From the NCBI GenBank assembly GCA_024137785.1, contig JAHRHZ010000139.1:44116861-44180860 (forward strand): 64,000 bases of DNA, given 5' to 3'. Shown piece by piece: positions 23,886 through 36,368 of the stretch (position 1 is its first letter; every line of letters starts with the position of its first letter). Both the position numbers and the translations under genes were made by a program. The notes beneath the pieces were generated by a model. The model searched no databases, was not told the origin of the DNA, and saw only the letters and a list, made by a program, of their open reading frames with translations. The DNA comes from Ginglymostoma cirratum. Lineage: Eukaryota.

Positions 23886-24582
23886 TGAGAGGGGGTGCAG
23901 GTCTTGGGATGAGGTTGGGGGTGGGGAGATTTTGAAGCTAGTAAACTCCACATCCCAGGCCCCAAAAACACCTTCCACATCAAACAGATGTTCACCTGCA
24001 CATCCGCAAATGTGGTCTATTGTATCCGCTGTTCCCCATGTGGCCTCTTCTACGTCGGTGAGACCAAGAGGAGGCTCATTGACCGCTTTTAGAGCACCTG
24101 CGCTTGGTTCGCAACAAACGATAACACCTTCCAGTCGCGAACCACTTCAACTCCCCCTCCCATTCCCTGGGCGACACGTCCATCCTGGGCCTCCTCCAGT
24201 GTCACAACGAAGCCACCTGGAAACTGGGAGAACAGCACCTCATGTTCCACCTTGGAAGCCTACAGCCCAATGGTCTCAATGTCGACTTTACTAGCTTCAA
24301 AATCTCCCCACCCCAACCTCATCCCAAGACCAGCACCTACGCACACCCCCATCCCCGCCTCATTGACCTGTCTGTCTTCTCTCCCACCTATCTGCTCCTC
24401 CCACCTCACTGACCAATCCCTACCACTACCTACCTGCTATCACTGCCCCACCCCTCTATTTATTTCAGAGCCCCCTTCCCCTCCCCCATTTCTGAAGAAG
24501 GATCCCGACCCGAAACATTAGCTTTCCTGCTTCTCTGATGCTGCCTGGCTTGCTGTGTTCCTCCAGCTCCAGACTCTGTTAC
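23886..24582 (+). mobile_element. Penelope-like GIY-YIG fragment + terminal repeat with inverted 5' segment
   Basis: FTCTSANVVYCIRCSPCGLFYVGETKRRL is the GIY-YIG motif. 23890-23953 is the reverse complement of ~24279-24345. Preceded by a minus-strand terminal fragment of another PLE family (23832-23885). Confidence 0.88.
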
Positions 24583-25329
24583 AACATAAGGATAGTGAGG
24601 TTCTGTACCTTCAAGATGGCGGTTGTGGCTGGATAGATACTTGCACAAACAGATAATGAAGGAAAATGAACAAATATTTCCAAATGTGATAACTTATTTA
24701 CAGTGTCATTGTAACGCATACACCAGTGTAACCTCAGAAGGTCTTCTCCTTCATTCCAACCCACTATGTCTCAGTACAGTCTCAGGGTGGATGAAGCCTG
24801 CCCTGAAGAAGACCTAATTGATTTCGGAATTTTGAGCAACTGACCTCCAGCAAACCTCCTCCCCAACCCACAGCAGTTGTGTTTAGAGGGCCCAAGCATG
24901 CTGAGTGTGTCCTGTCCAGGAACAGTCACACCCTCTTCAGACTGAACTCTCACAATGCCGAGAACGGCAAGCTGGATAGAGATGGAAGGTCAATTTCCCC
25001 TTTAAATGTCATGCCTGGAACACGTAAATTGCACTTTGCAGGGCAACTCTGGACTAACAACACTTGACTACGTTCACAAAAGCCTTTTACATCTGTTGCT
25101 GTCACCAGAAATCTCAGTCTATCCTGGCAGGGATGAATACTTGTGCTTAGGCCCATGGGAAATTCATTACCATCAGATAAGTGGGCTGTTACAGGGGTGT
25201 AGTAGACAGTTAATGAGGTGAGTTTGGGACAACACTGTGAGATAGTGTGATCAGCTTTGCAGAGAGAAACCATCCACAAAACTCAACAAAAATTACACTT
25301 ACTAATTTCTGGTAAAATCCAGCCCATGA

Positions 25330-26155
25330 GCTTAGAGCGTTGATCAGCATAGGGAATATGATATGCTTGCAATCGCTGACACATGGTTGAAGAAACGGCA
25401 GGACTGGGAGCTCAACATTCTAGGGTGTTGAAGTTTCAGGTGCGATAGTGAGGGGGGATGTCAGAGAGATGAGGGAATTGCATTATTGATAAAGGAGACC
25501 ATCACTTAAGTAGGGGGAGACAATAGCCCAATGGTATTACTGCTAGATTCTTAATCCAGAAATTTAACTCCTGTTCTGGGGACCCAAGTTTGAATCTGTT
25601 CCTACAGTTGGCGGAATTTGAATTCAATGAAAAACAAAACTCTGGACGGACATGATTGGCCTGGAGAAGGTGCAAAGGAGATTCACCAGGATGTTGCCCA
25701 AGATGGAAGATCTCAGTTATGGGGAGAGACTGGATAGGCTAGGTTTGTTTTTTTACCCTCCCGCCACCTCCTTAGCGGAGGTGGGATCTGACTGAGGTAC
25801 GTAGAATTATGGGAAGCATAGACAGAGTAGTTCATGAGAATTCTTTCCCTGGGGCTAACATATCTAAGACCAGAGGGCATACGTTTAAGGTGAGGTGTAA
25901 GTGGTTTGAGGGAAAGATTTTCTGAGCAAATATATTTTTCACCTGGAGGGTGGCAGAAATATGAAATACGCTGTCTGAGAGGGAGGTGGAGGCAGGTACT
26001 CCTACAACATGAAAGAAGCATCCAGACAAGCACTTAAAATACCAGGGAATTGTAGGCTATGGACGAAGTGCAGGTAAATGGGTTAAGTACAGTTTGGTGT
26101 TTGTTGGTTGGCACAGACACAGTGGGCTGAAGGACCTGTTTCTACGCTGTATGAA
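25330..26155 (+). mobile_element. CR1 fragments (APE piece, then 3' end) separated by a SINE head at ~25520-25630
   Basis: IADTWLKKRQDWELNILG; LEKVQRRFTRMLP; CR1 3' UTR GGGCTGAAGGACCTGTTTC. Confidence 0.8.
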
Positions 26156-26302
26156 ACAAAATATTTAAATGTAGTACACATACTAAATATATCAATATCA
26201 GGATATAGAGATAACAAGGTGTAGAGCTGGATGAACACAGCAGGCCAAGCAGCATCAGAAGAGCAGGAAGGCTGACGTTTCGGGCCTAGACCCTTCTTCA
26301 GA

Positions 26303-26402
26303 NNNNNNNNNNNNNNNNNNNNNNNNNNNNNNNNNNNNNNNNNNNNNNNNNNNNNNNNNNNNNNNNNNNNNNNNNNNNNNNNNNNNNNNNNNNNNNNNNN
26401 NN
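26303..26402. other. Assembly gap (100 N)
   Basis: Run of N. Confidence 1.
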
Positions 26403-26736
26403 GAGTCTCTGCGGTGCTCACACCTCACTCTCCCCTCCTTTTCTGCTTTTCAGGCCCCTTCATCAGGCATGGAGTGCATTTGAATGAAAAGCCCCTTTTC
26501 CCCAGTTTCAGAAGCCCACTTTCAAGCTTCCTGCCTGCTGCTGGGTGAATACCAAGGTAAGTGAGATGAGGAAGTGAGATAAAAGTAGCAAAGTGGCATC
26601 ATTTGCAGGCACCATCCTCCCTTTGAGATGCTTTTCCACCGCCAAATCTGCCATACCTGAAGGGATTACATTCCAGAGATAACAAGGTGCAGAGCCGGAT
26701 GAACACAGCAGGCCAAGCAGCATCAGAGGAGCAGGA

Positions 26737-27136
26737 NNNNNNNNNNNNNNNNNNNNNNNNNNNNNNNNNNNNNNNNNNNNNNNNNNNNNNNNNNNNNNNN
26801 NNNNNNNNNNNNNNNNNNNNNNNNNNNNNNNNNNNNNNNNNNNNNNNNNNNNNNNNNNNNNNNNNNNNNNNNNNNNNNNNNNNNNNNNNNNNNNNNNNNN
26901 NNNNNNNNNNNNNNNNNNNNNNNNNNNNNNNNNNNNNNNNNNNNNNNNNNNNNNNNNNNNNNNNNNNNNNNNNNNNNNNNNNNNNNNNNNNNNNNNNNNN
27001 NNNNNNNNNNNNNNNNNNNNNNNNNNNNNNNNNNNNNNNNNNNNNNNNNNNNNNNNNNNNNNNNNNNNNNNNNNNNNNNNNNNNNNNNNNNNNNNNNNNN
27101 NNNNNNNNNNNNNNNNNNNNNNNNNNNNNNNNNNNN
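26737..27136. other. Assembly gap (400 N)
   Basis: Run of N. Confidence 1.
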
Positions 27137-27170
27137 TCTGAAGAAGGGTCTAGGCCCGAAACGTCAGCCT
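27137..27170 (+). ncRNA. Minimal hammerhead ribozyme motif
   Basis: CUGAAGA-A-GGGU(CUAG)GCCC-GAAAC-GUC^AG. The same motif is on the minus strand at ~26272-26301. Confidence 0.65.
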
Positions 27171-27329
27171 TCCTGCTCTTCTGATGCTGCTTGGCCTGCT
27201 GTGTTCATCCAGCTCTACACCTTGTTATCTCAGATTCTCCAGCATCTGCAGTTCCTACTATCTCTGAAACAATATCTGGATATATTTGGGTTTCGGTTGA
27301 TAATTGGCAAGTAAGCTATGTGTTGTATA

Positions 27330-28035
27330 AACTGTCAGGCAATGACCATCTCCAACAAGTTTGAGTCTGATCACACCTCCTTCATAATCAATAGGTTCAC
27401 CATCACTGAATCCCCTGAACCATCAACATCCAGGGTACTGACTGGAAACTTAACACACCAGCCAGTAGTATTTTGGCTGCAACAGCAGATCAGAGGCTGA
27501 GAATTCTACAGCAAGTAACTCATCTCCTAGCTTCCCAATACCTGTCCCCATCAACTAAGTAGAAGTCAAGAAGTTTAATGGAATAAACTCCACATACTTG
27601 GATCAGTACAGCCCTAACAACACTCGAAGCTCCACACCATCCAGGACAAAGCAACTTGTTTGATTTGCACCCTATCCACCACAGGTACACAGTAGGCACA
27701 GTGTGCACTATGTGCAAGCAGTTCACCAATGATCCATCAAAAGCACCTTCAAACCTTTTCCTTCCAAAGACCATGGTTAGCTGGTTCATAGGAGCACCAG
27801 AATATGCAAGTTCTCTCCAAGTCATACATCATGCTTACTTGTGAATAAATTGCCATTTTGTCAAGTCACTGCACTAATACTCTGGAACTGCCTTCCTGTC
27901 AGCACTGTTGATGTACCTCCACAATTTCAGCTCAAGCAGGAGGATCACCACCCCCTTCTCATGGACAATTCGGAATGGGCAAAAACAAAACAAATGGCCT
28001 TTCCAGTGACACCCATATTCCATGAACAAATATTT
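27330..28035 (+). mobile_element. CR1/L2-group LINE 3' fragment (likely partner of the 32776-type SINE)
   Basis: QAMTISNK, CACCATCCAGGACAAAGCA, LWNCLP. The tail CACCACCCCCTTCTC..GGACAATTCGGAATGGGCAA..CCCATATTCCATGAAC resembles the SINE tail at 33060-33128. Confidence 0.65.
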
Positions 28036-28140
28036 ATTAGTTTGAAGAAGTAGCTGTCATATCATGGTGGAAGGAATTCAAAAATGATGTCCATCATGGA
28101 ACATATGGTAACCAATGGAATGTCTACAGGAATTTTTTTT

Positions 28141-28236
28141 TTCTGAAGAAGGGTCTAGGCCTGAAACGTCAGCCTTCCTGCTCCTCTGATGCTGCTTGGC
28201 CTGCTGCGTTCATCCAGCTCTACGCCTTGTTATCTC
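28141..28236 (+). mobile_element. Short Penelope terminal-repeat unit with hammerhead
   Basis: A T-run followed by CTGAAGAAGGGTCTAGGCCTGAAACGTCAGCC...GTTATCTC, near-identical to 27137-27230. Confidence 0.8.
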
Positions 28237-28971
28237 TAAAGGCAGAGGGTTGAATTATAGTCTCTGTTAATCCCATTCACCTTCAATCTTGTGTCATAGA
28301 GATTTAGGGTACGTGAACTAAGAGAGTTGTCATCAGCAATTGTGCCAGAAACATCAAGTAACTCAACGGCCTTCACTGGTTTCATTGACAGAATGAGTGA
28401 TTTTCTCTTATAAATCAGTGAGCATGCAGAGCCAGTGCCAGGGGTAAATGGAATAACAAGAGTACACAGGTAATGGTGGCAGAATGGATGTTAGACTTGT
28501 TTGAGATAGAATAACACAAGCAGATCCATTCAATATGTAAGGGCTACAATAAAAATCCCATGGCTCATACTGAAATACAGTAGCCACTCATCCATACCCC
28601 TTGTCTCCTAGTTTATCTCCAGATAAATTGGTTTATGACTTCACAAATGAAATGTTGGCAGTAATAAGAAGTATGGAAAGAAGTGAGTTGCAATTCCCAT
28701 CTTTGGTTAATTGTTATTGAATGCACTGAGGCTATTTTGAATGCAAATACATTATTTCACAAGGATAGAAAGTGGCGTTTGTCAGTAGTTTTGAAAAGGA
28801 AGTACAGAGTTGAAATACACAAGATTTTTTTTATGGCTTGATCCCTGCTGCTTTCGAATGAATCCTCCTCAAGCACCTACAATTAAACATTGTTAAAGAG
28901 AAGCTGTATGGTAGGAGGCACAGAAGCATAATCCTTGAAAACATAGCCAGACTAGATCTAAAGTTTTCAAA

Positions 28972-29165
28972 ACTGAAAACACTAGAAACGCTCAGCAGGT
29001 CAGTTAGCTTCTATAGAGACCACTGTAACTTTAACATTTTAGGTTAGGGCCGTGGAACAACAGAAACATTAACTGATCTGTTCTCTCCACCAACATTCCA
29101 CGTCCTACGGTCTGGTTCCATTTCCTTTTACTGTTTTCAGATTTCCTGCATCTGTAGCATTTGCC
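28972..29165. mobile_element. Old, degenerate head-to-head Penelope terminal-repeat pair
   Basis: Left arm resembles a reversed tail (GAAACGCTCAGCAGGTCAG). Right arm ends TTTCAGATTTCCTGCATCTGTAG. Confidence 0.45.
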
Positions 29166-29534
29166 TTTATTTATAATAACGTGTCCACAGACCATCAGAG
29201 GTCCTGACAACATTTCCACAATGATGATTTTGACAGCAAAATAAAAGAGCTACCAGTGGTGAAAAAAAAAAACATCAGTTCACACAATCTGCTTTGGATA
29301 ATAAACTGTTTCTAGGCATTTCACAGAAGTGTTAAAAAGCAAAATTTAAAATGAATGTTCATTAAGGGGTATCAGGCAGATGATCATAAACTTGGTCAAA
29401 GATGTTGTTTTTAAAGGTGGATCAAAAGAAGAGGCAAAGAAATTGAAAGATTTAATGTGGTGAATTCCAGAGTTTACACCCTTGACAGCTGAAGGGACAG
29501 CCATCAATGAGGAAATTAATGCAGCCGCATTATC

Positions 29535-29722
29535 TTCATCGGTAATCCCTCATAGACTCTCTTCCACTCTCAGGGTGAGTCTATAGGTGGCTGTACAGTC
29601 TGATGCAGCTTCCGGAGGGTCTGCCACACTTGGGGCAGAAGGTGGCTGCAGGAAGGGGTGGGCAGGGCGTTGGTGTGGCATCACGTTCTTCAGTCTGTTT
29701 CGTCTGGCTTCCACTTTTTCCT
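29535..29722 (-). mobile_element. RTE LINE 3' end fragment
   Basis: Minus strand reads TFCPKCGRPSGSCIRLYSHL (C-terminal CxxC..H knuckle), then GAGTGGAAG..GGGATTACC and a GAT-type tail. Confidence 0.6.
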
Positions 29723-30390
29723 GATAGCGAGTCTCAAAGTGCAGAGGGATGTGGCTGCATATGTGCGCAGAACACTGAAGTTGGCAGGGAAAGTTGTGAC
29801 AGCAGTTAATAAAGCAAGCAGTATCCTTAGCTTTATTAATAGGGGCATAGAGTACAAGGTACGTTGACTTGTATACGACACTTGTTAGACCTCAGGTGGA
29901 GTATCACGTACAGCTCTGGGGGTCACATTATAGGAAGGATGTGAAAACACAGGGGAGAGTGCAGAAATGGTTCACAAGAGCGGTTCTCGGCATAAGGAAC
30001 CTCAGTTACAAGAAGAGATTGAAGAAGTTGAGACTGCTGTCCTTGGAGACAAATAAGGCTGAGGAAATCTCAGAGGTTTTCAAAATCATGAATAGAATAG
30101 AATGGATACAGAAACTGTATCTGCTTGTAAAAGGAACATGAACAAGAGGTCACATATATATAAAGTGATGCATAAAAGAAGCAACAGCAATATGAGAAAA
30201 ATCTTTTTCACCCAGTGAGTATGGAATGCACTGCCTGGAAATGCGACAGCAGCAGGTTCAATTGAGTCATTCAAGAGGGTATTAGATGATTATTTAGATA
30301 AAAATTATGTGCAAGGGGATGGGAAGAAAGCAGGAGATTGGTACGAGGTAATGATGCTCATTTGACAAGTTGGCACAGTCATAATGTATA
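29723..30390 (+). mobile_element. CR1 3' fragment
   Basis: VNKASSILSFINRGIEYK, TLVRPQVEYHVQLW, RVQKWFTR. Confidence 0.85.
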
Positions 30391-31374
30391 TGATGTGCAT
30401 TGTTTGTAGATCTGGTCATGGCATGTGTCAAAGCCCACTGTTAGTTTCTTTTGTGAACAGCAGCTTCCCCAAGCATTGTTTTTGGACTAAATGGAGGCAG
30501 GGGCTTGTCAGACTATGCACATTGCTGCAATGATATTAGCTGGTGGGCAACATGCACCTCTGAAGTTTCATCCCCCTTGGTTCTCTTTATCATCCAAAGA
30601 AAAGGTACAAATGAACTCCCGATGGGAAGCCCATAATTCATGAATGACAGGGGCAGAGTCCAGAGCAGAAGTATGTAAATGTAAATTGTGATATGATTGT
30701 CAGCATTGAAAAACAAAGACGAAAATCACGACGAAAAACAAATTCCATGGGTAACTGAAGGCAGAGCCATCAATGAGGAAGCTAATGCAGCAGCATCATC
30801 ATAATCGTTGGTAGTCCCTGGAAAGTAGTTGCTGAATCAGACATACCTCACACATTCTGCGAAATGTAATTACTCTAGGTGTCTATTTCATAAAGGCTTG
30901 ATTGCATTTAAGGTAGCTGTGACGACTTGTATGATCTCACCATAACCCTAGGGATTGTTCCATCATCCATTGGAAATTTTGTTTTTAAATGCACATGGAA
31001 TCTTCAATATCTCACCCGTAATCAAATCAAGCGGCCTAGTCAAAAACTCACATAACACAATTCACTATCAAAGTATGCCCTACAAGCACACTCTAAAGTT
31101 GAAAATATATCTATCAAAATGAACCATTTGTTAACTTATGTCTAAAGACATAATAAATCTTTATACCTACTCTATTGTTACAAAACCCTTGATTTCTCAA
31201 ACTTGTTTTTTTTTCAACAACAGATTAATTTTTGTCAAACAGTAGGAGCTGAATAGAAGCACCCATTTTGTTTGACACTGCATGGAAACTAAAACCCTCA
31301 GAGGAAAAGTTTGCAAGAACAAATCTTGCGAGAAGCGTTTATGCATACGTGTCTAATCATACAGACATACAAAC

Positions 31375-32580
31375 TAAGAGCAGCAATAAGCCATTTGATC
31401 CCCTTCAGCCTGTTTCACCATTCAATGTGATCACGGCCTTAACTCCACATTCGTACGTGCCTCTGATAACCCTCAAATGCCTTGTTAATCAAGAATCTAC
31501 CTACCTCTGCTTTAAAAATATTCAATGACCTTAGCTCCACTACTTTCTGGGGAAGGGAGTTCCGAAGACTGAAGACCCTCAGAGAAAAATACATTCTCTT
31601 CATCGCTGCCTTAAATGGAAATGCTCTTATTTCTAAAACAGTATCCCCTAATTCTAGCCTCTACCACAAAGGTTGGTGTCATCATCCACCCAGTAAAGTC
31701 CCATCAGGATTTTACACATTTCAATAAAATCACCTCCTTTTTTCCAAAGAATGCATGCCCTGGCTGTGCATCTCACATGTTAGTCAAGTAAACATTTTTT
31801 TTGGAACGCTTCTGAGGAATTTACATCCTTCCTTAAAAGACTAAACTATACACAGTGCTCAAGATGTGATTCCACCAGTGCTCTGCACAACAGTAGCTAA
31901 ACAACCCTTCTATCCAATACGTTCCCCTTGGAGTAAATAAAAACCATACCATTTGCCTTTCTAATCTCTTGGTGTACTCCATCCTAACTTTGTGACTCAT
32001 GAGTATATCATGTATACCTTAAAGGTTTGCAATCTCTTCATTTAAAAACTGTGCTGCCTTTCTTTTCCTGTCAATGTGGAATGAGTCATGTTTTTCTACA
32101 TTATATTCTATCTGCCAAAGTTTTGACCATTCAATTAATGTATCTATAGCTCTTGGGAAACTCTTACGTCCTCTTCACAACTGACTTTCTTATCTATTTT
32201 TATGTTAATTTTTTCAACCATATGTTAAAGTCATTTAAAGAGATTCTGAGTATTTGAGGCCCTAGCACCAATCCGTCCACTTGTCACATTCTGCCTACCT
32301 GAAAATGACCCATTTATTTTAATTCTTGGCTTCCTGTTAGCCAACCAATCCTCTGTCCACGCTAATACGTTATCCCTAATGTTATGCATTACTAACCATT
32401 GCTGCAGTCCTTTGTCAAGTGCCTTCTGAAAATCTAAGTACAGCCCCCTTTTATCCACACTACTTGTTACCTCCTCCCAAAACTGTTAAATTAGTCAAAC
32501 GTTATTTCCCTTTCGGAAAATCATATTAACTCTGCTTGTTTGTACTGGGATTTTCTAAATACTCCACTATATCCTCCTCA
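31375..32580 (-). mobile_element. Degenerate CR1 RT/3' fragment
   Basis: YLDFQKALDK, LAWTEDWLANRKPRIKINGSFS; CR1 3' UTR at ~31380-31500. Confidence 0.75.
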
Positions 32581-32775
32581 AGAATCACTGGCAGCTTGCA
32601 AAGTAACAAAATAATGATGTGAACCAGTGAGCAATGCAGATCTTAAGCCACTGACGCCTCTTCCAACTCCAACGATCACTGTTTTTTTAACATTATACAG
32701 TTAAACACAACTTTAAAGGGAATGAAGGACTCTTCTGCCCATTATTTAAAGATACCATAATGCTACAAATCAGTG

Positions 32776-33128
32776 GGAGGCAATGGCCTAGTGGCATTTC
32801 CGCAGGACTGATAATCCAGAGACCCAGATAACATTCTGGGGAATCACGTTCAAATCCTGCCATGGCAGATGGTGGAATTTGAATTCTATAAATATCTGGA
32901 ATTAAGAGTGTAATGACGACCATAAATCCATTGTCGGTTGTCAGGGAAAAGCCCATCTGGTTCACTAATGTCCTTTAGGGAAGGAAACTGCCATCCTCAC
33001 CTGGTATGGCCTATATGTGACTCCAGACCCACAGCAATGTGGTTGACACTTAACTGCCCTCTGGGCAATTAGGGATGGGCAATAAATGCTGTCTGGCCAG
33101 AGATGCTCTCATCCCATGAATGAATAAA
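32776..33128 (+). mobile_element. Full-length tRNA-derived SINE
   Basis: A-box TGGCCTAGTGG, B-box GTTCAAATCC, tail GGGCAATAAATGC..ATCCCATGAATGAATAAA. Other copies at 36369-36720 (+), 49690-49945 (+), 48025-48145 (-) and 37440-37620 (-). Confidence 0.85.
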
Positions 33129-33651
33129 GGGGAAAAAAGGCTAATAGATTGTTTCTTCTGGCAACTGCATGCATATTTGAAGGAAATAAAATTGTTTTTT
33201 TGTTGAGAGACACAATAAGTGAAAATTTCCTACCCATATAATTTCAATGAAGAAAATAGAGCATGAAATATTTAATCTAGTTCAACTGTTGATAAACCTT
33301 TCACTACTCTGGAAGGCCGATTTCATCCTCATGGAGACTTTCTTGTCATCAATACGTAAGTTTTATGCATGTCAGAATTCACTTGGTTGCCTTGAATGAC
33401 GCTCTTACAGTTATATGCAGCCCACGTGATCATTAAATTAAACTTGGAATGATTAACTGTTCAAGTGTGCTCCGACTGCAGACTCCATTCCATGGTTTAT
33501 AAACTGAACAGGTTTGATTGACAAAATGTGTTTTAATATGCTTCATCACAGATTCTAAGCAAGCCATTTAGGCTACTGACGAAAGCCTCTTCAGAATATC
33601 TAACCATGTTATTATTTATCATTTAACCTTGACAGGTTTCCGGTACTTGGA

Positions 33652-34401
33652 TTTAGATTTATTGTCATGTGTACTTAAGTACAGAAGTACAGCAGTATAG
33701 TGAAAAGTGTCCAATGTCGCCACACATGGTGCCATCTTAGGAACAAAGGTACCACGGTACAAAAAGACTCAGGCACAAAGTAGCAAAATAAACAAAATTA
33801 TAGCATTAAGCATTATGGACTTTCACAGAATAAATGGAAAAGAAAGAAAAAGGTAATAGTTAACAATAAAGTCTTTCTTAATATAAGTTAGAAAAATAAG
33901 GGAATAAAGTTAAAAGTTTCTGATGAGTGCTTGCTGGAGCCCCAATCTCGCCACTCTTCAGGAGACCTCAGCTACCTGTTCTTGCTGCTGCCACAGATAC
34001 TGGGGGACCTCGCTCACCACTCGCTCTTCCTGTGTCGGGCCACTATGCCATCGCAGCAACTGCTGCTGCTGGAAGCGGCAGCCTCCAATCATAGGACCCG
34101 CTCGCAATCTTCAATCACCGGTTATGTGCTGGGCCCCACTCTCACTGCCAGCCATCTCAGATGCCAGGCTGAGAGACCATCAAGGGCTGCCAAGACACCA
34201 TCATGGGCCATCAAAAGACTCCTACACCAGGCCGGGAGGCCAAGATGCTGTGCCAGGAGGGCGCCTTGCTGGGTCTGCACTGAGGCCAGGAGAAGAAGAA
34301 AGGGAAAAAAAAAAAATCACGAAGACAGAACAAAGAAGAGAAAGAAAAAGGTGAAAGAAATGGATTCAGCTCCAGCTGAAGCATCCTGCTCTGCCATTTT
34401 C
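33652..34401 (-). mobile_element. Non-coding element ending in a Rex1/Babar-like 3' tail
   Basis: TTTATTGTCATGTGTACTTAAGTACAG..GTGAAAAG is nearly the reverse complement of the Rex1 tail at 63564-63596. The minus-strand 5' end reads AAAATGGCAG. Confidence 0.55.
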
Positions 34402-34925
34402 CAGTCCTCTTGTAGAATCTCTTTGGATTGTCCTTCACCTTATTTGCCAAGGCTATCGTATATCCCCCTTTTGCCCCCTTGATTTCCCTCTTAAGAATGC
34501 CCCTACATCCCTTATACGCTTCAAGAAATTCACCTGATACCAGTTGTCTATACCTAATATATGACTCCGTCTTATTCTTAACTAGATCCTCAATATCTTT
34601 ATTCATCCATTGTTGCCCACTCTTCCCAGCCTTATCCTTCACTCTAACAGGAACATAACGCCTCTGAATTGTCATTAACTCACTTTTGAAAGCCTCACCC
34701 TTGCCAATCATCCTTTTACCTGCAAACAGTCTGCTCCAACCATCTTTTGAAAGTCCCTGCTCCATACCATCAAAATTTGCCTTACCGCAATTAAAAACTT
34801 TAACTTTTATACAAGGCCTACCCTTTTCCACAACTATTTTAAAACTAGTAGAATTTTGATCACTGGTCTTACAGTGCTCCTCCAGTAACACTTCAGTCAC
34901 TTGCCCTGCCTTATTTCCCAAGGTC
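34402..34925 (-). mobile_element. CR1 ORF2 internal fragment
   Basis: LGNKAGQVTEV..SDQNSTSFKIV..KANFDGM..LKREIKGAK..KDNPKRFYK, homologous to ~12600-13124. Confidence 0.85.
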
Positions 34926-35260
34926 AAGCTTTGCTCCTTCTCTTATCAATTTTTTTAAAATTCAAATGCATTACGCACACTGATTTCCCCTTATTCACCC
35001 TACTACTTACAACTCAAAAACTCTTAACAGATTCATCAAAGATGTTTTCCCTTTCACAAATCCAAGCTGACTGTGCCCTCAGTCTTTGACAATGAAATCT
35101 TGTGACGGGTTTAGAAATATGGAATATGAAGAACGGACATTGTTTATTGTTTCAAACTCTACTCATTTTACTCACTTCAGGTTTTGTCTACTTTTCTCTG
35201 ACAATTGACAGCCCTGTTTCACGTGTTCGCTGTTCTCTGTATCCTTGCTTTGTTGGGAAT

Positions 35261-36075
35261 GAGATAACACAGTGTGGAGCTGGAGGAACACAGCAGGCCA
35301 GGCAGCATCAGAGGAGCAGAAATGTTGACCCTTATTCAGAAATGGGGAGGCAGAAGGGAGCTCAGAAATAAATAGAGAAAGGGGTGGGGCTGGGGAAGGT
35401 AGGTGGGATGGTGATAGGTGAGTGCAGGTAGGGAGTGGTGGGTATTGGTCAGTGAGGTAGGAGAGGCAGATAAGTAGGAGAGAAGATGGACAGGTTGTGT
35501 CAGGTTGAGGAGGCGGGGCTGAGAGGGAGGGTTGGTCATGGGATGAGGCCAGGGGTGGGAAGATTTTGAAACTGGTAAAATACACATTTGGGCTGTTGGG
35601 CTGTAGGCTCCTGAGGTGGAATATGAGGTGTTGCTCCTCCAGTTTGCGGGTGGCGTCATTTGTGAGGAGGAGGCCCAGGATGGACATATCCCCCAGGGAG
35701 TGGGAGGGGGAGTTAAAATGGTTCTCCACCGGAAGGTGTTGTCGTTTGTCGCAAACAGAGCGCAAAGCGGTCTCTGTGCCTCTGCTTGGCCTCACCGATG
35801 TAGAGGAGGTCACATTGGGAGCAGATAATGCAGTAGACCAAGTTGACGGATGTGCAGGTGAACCCCTGTCTGATGTGGAAGGTTCGTTTTGTGCTTTGAA
35901 TGGAGGTGAGGGGGGAGGTGTAGAGGCAGGAGTAGCACTTTCTGCAGGTGCAGGGAAAGGTGCCAGGGGTGGTGAGTGGGGAGCGGATGAGGGAGTCATG
36001 GAGAAAGCGGTCCCTACAAAAGGCAGATAGGGGTGGGGAGGGAAATACATCTTCGGTTGTGGGGTTGGATTCTAG
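35261..36075 (-). mobile_element. Penelope-like GIY-YIG fragment + terminal repeat
   Basis: HFNSPSHSLGDMSILGLL, RKLEEQHLIFHL..LQPN. Tail as in 16126-16260, with the hammerhead partly deleted. Confidence 0.9.
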
Positions 36076-36169
36076 GTGAGAATGAGGTGTGTCCTTTCTC
36101 TTCCCGACCCCCTCTATCTTCTCAAGGCAGTGAGACTGTCATTATTATAAGGTCATGTAGTTTTAACTT

Positions 36170-36360
36170 ATTTATTCATTCACAGTATGTAGCATTACTG
36201 TCTAGGCCTGCACTTACTTATCCTCAGTTGCTTTGGTGGTGGTGGTGAGTGCCTTAAAACACTGTGGTTGTGCGGAGTAGGTATGCCCACAATGTTGTCA
36301 GAAAGGGAAGGCCAGGGTTTTGATCCAGTGACAGTGAAAGTACAGCAATATAGCTCCAGA
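36170..36360 (-). mobile_element. 3' tail fragment of the 27330-type LINE
   Basis: Minus strand VTGSKPWPSL..CACCACCACC..CAACTGAGGATAAG..GAATGAATAAA. Confidence 0.6.
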
Positions 36361-36368
36361 TCTATGTT

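Larger units (their letters stand above)
26208..27269. mobile_element. Head-to-head Penelope terminal-repeat structure spanning two N-gaps
   Basis: Minus units at 26208-26302 and 26676-26736, plus unit at 27137-27266. Outer 15-bp near-TSD CAATATC(A/T)GGATATA at 26193-26207 and 27270-27284. Confidence 0.75.

Noticed and set aside
26083-27184. ORFs containing X runs
   Set aside because: Artefacts of translating through N-gaps.
33923-34482. 143-aa and 183-aa ORFs with basic tails
   Set aside because: They are open frames through GC-rich and A/G-rich repeat sequence with no domain motifs.
35172-36050. 292-aa proline-rich ORF
   Set aside because: It is read partly out of frame through a PLE GIY-YIG region and its pyrimidine-rich UTR.
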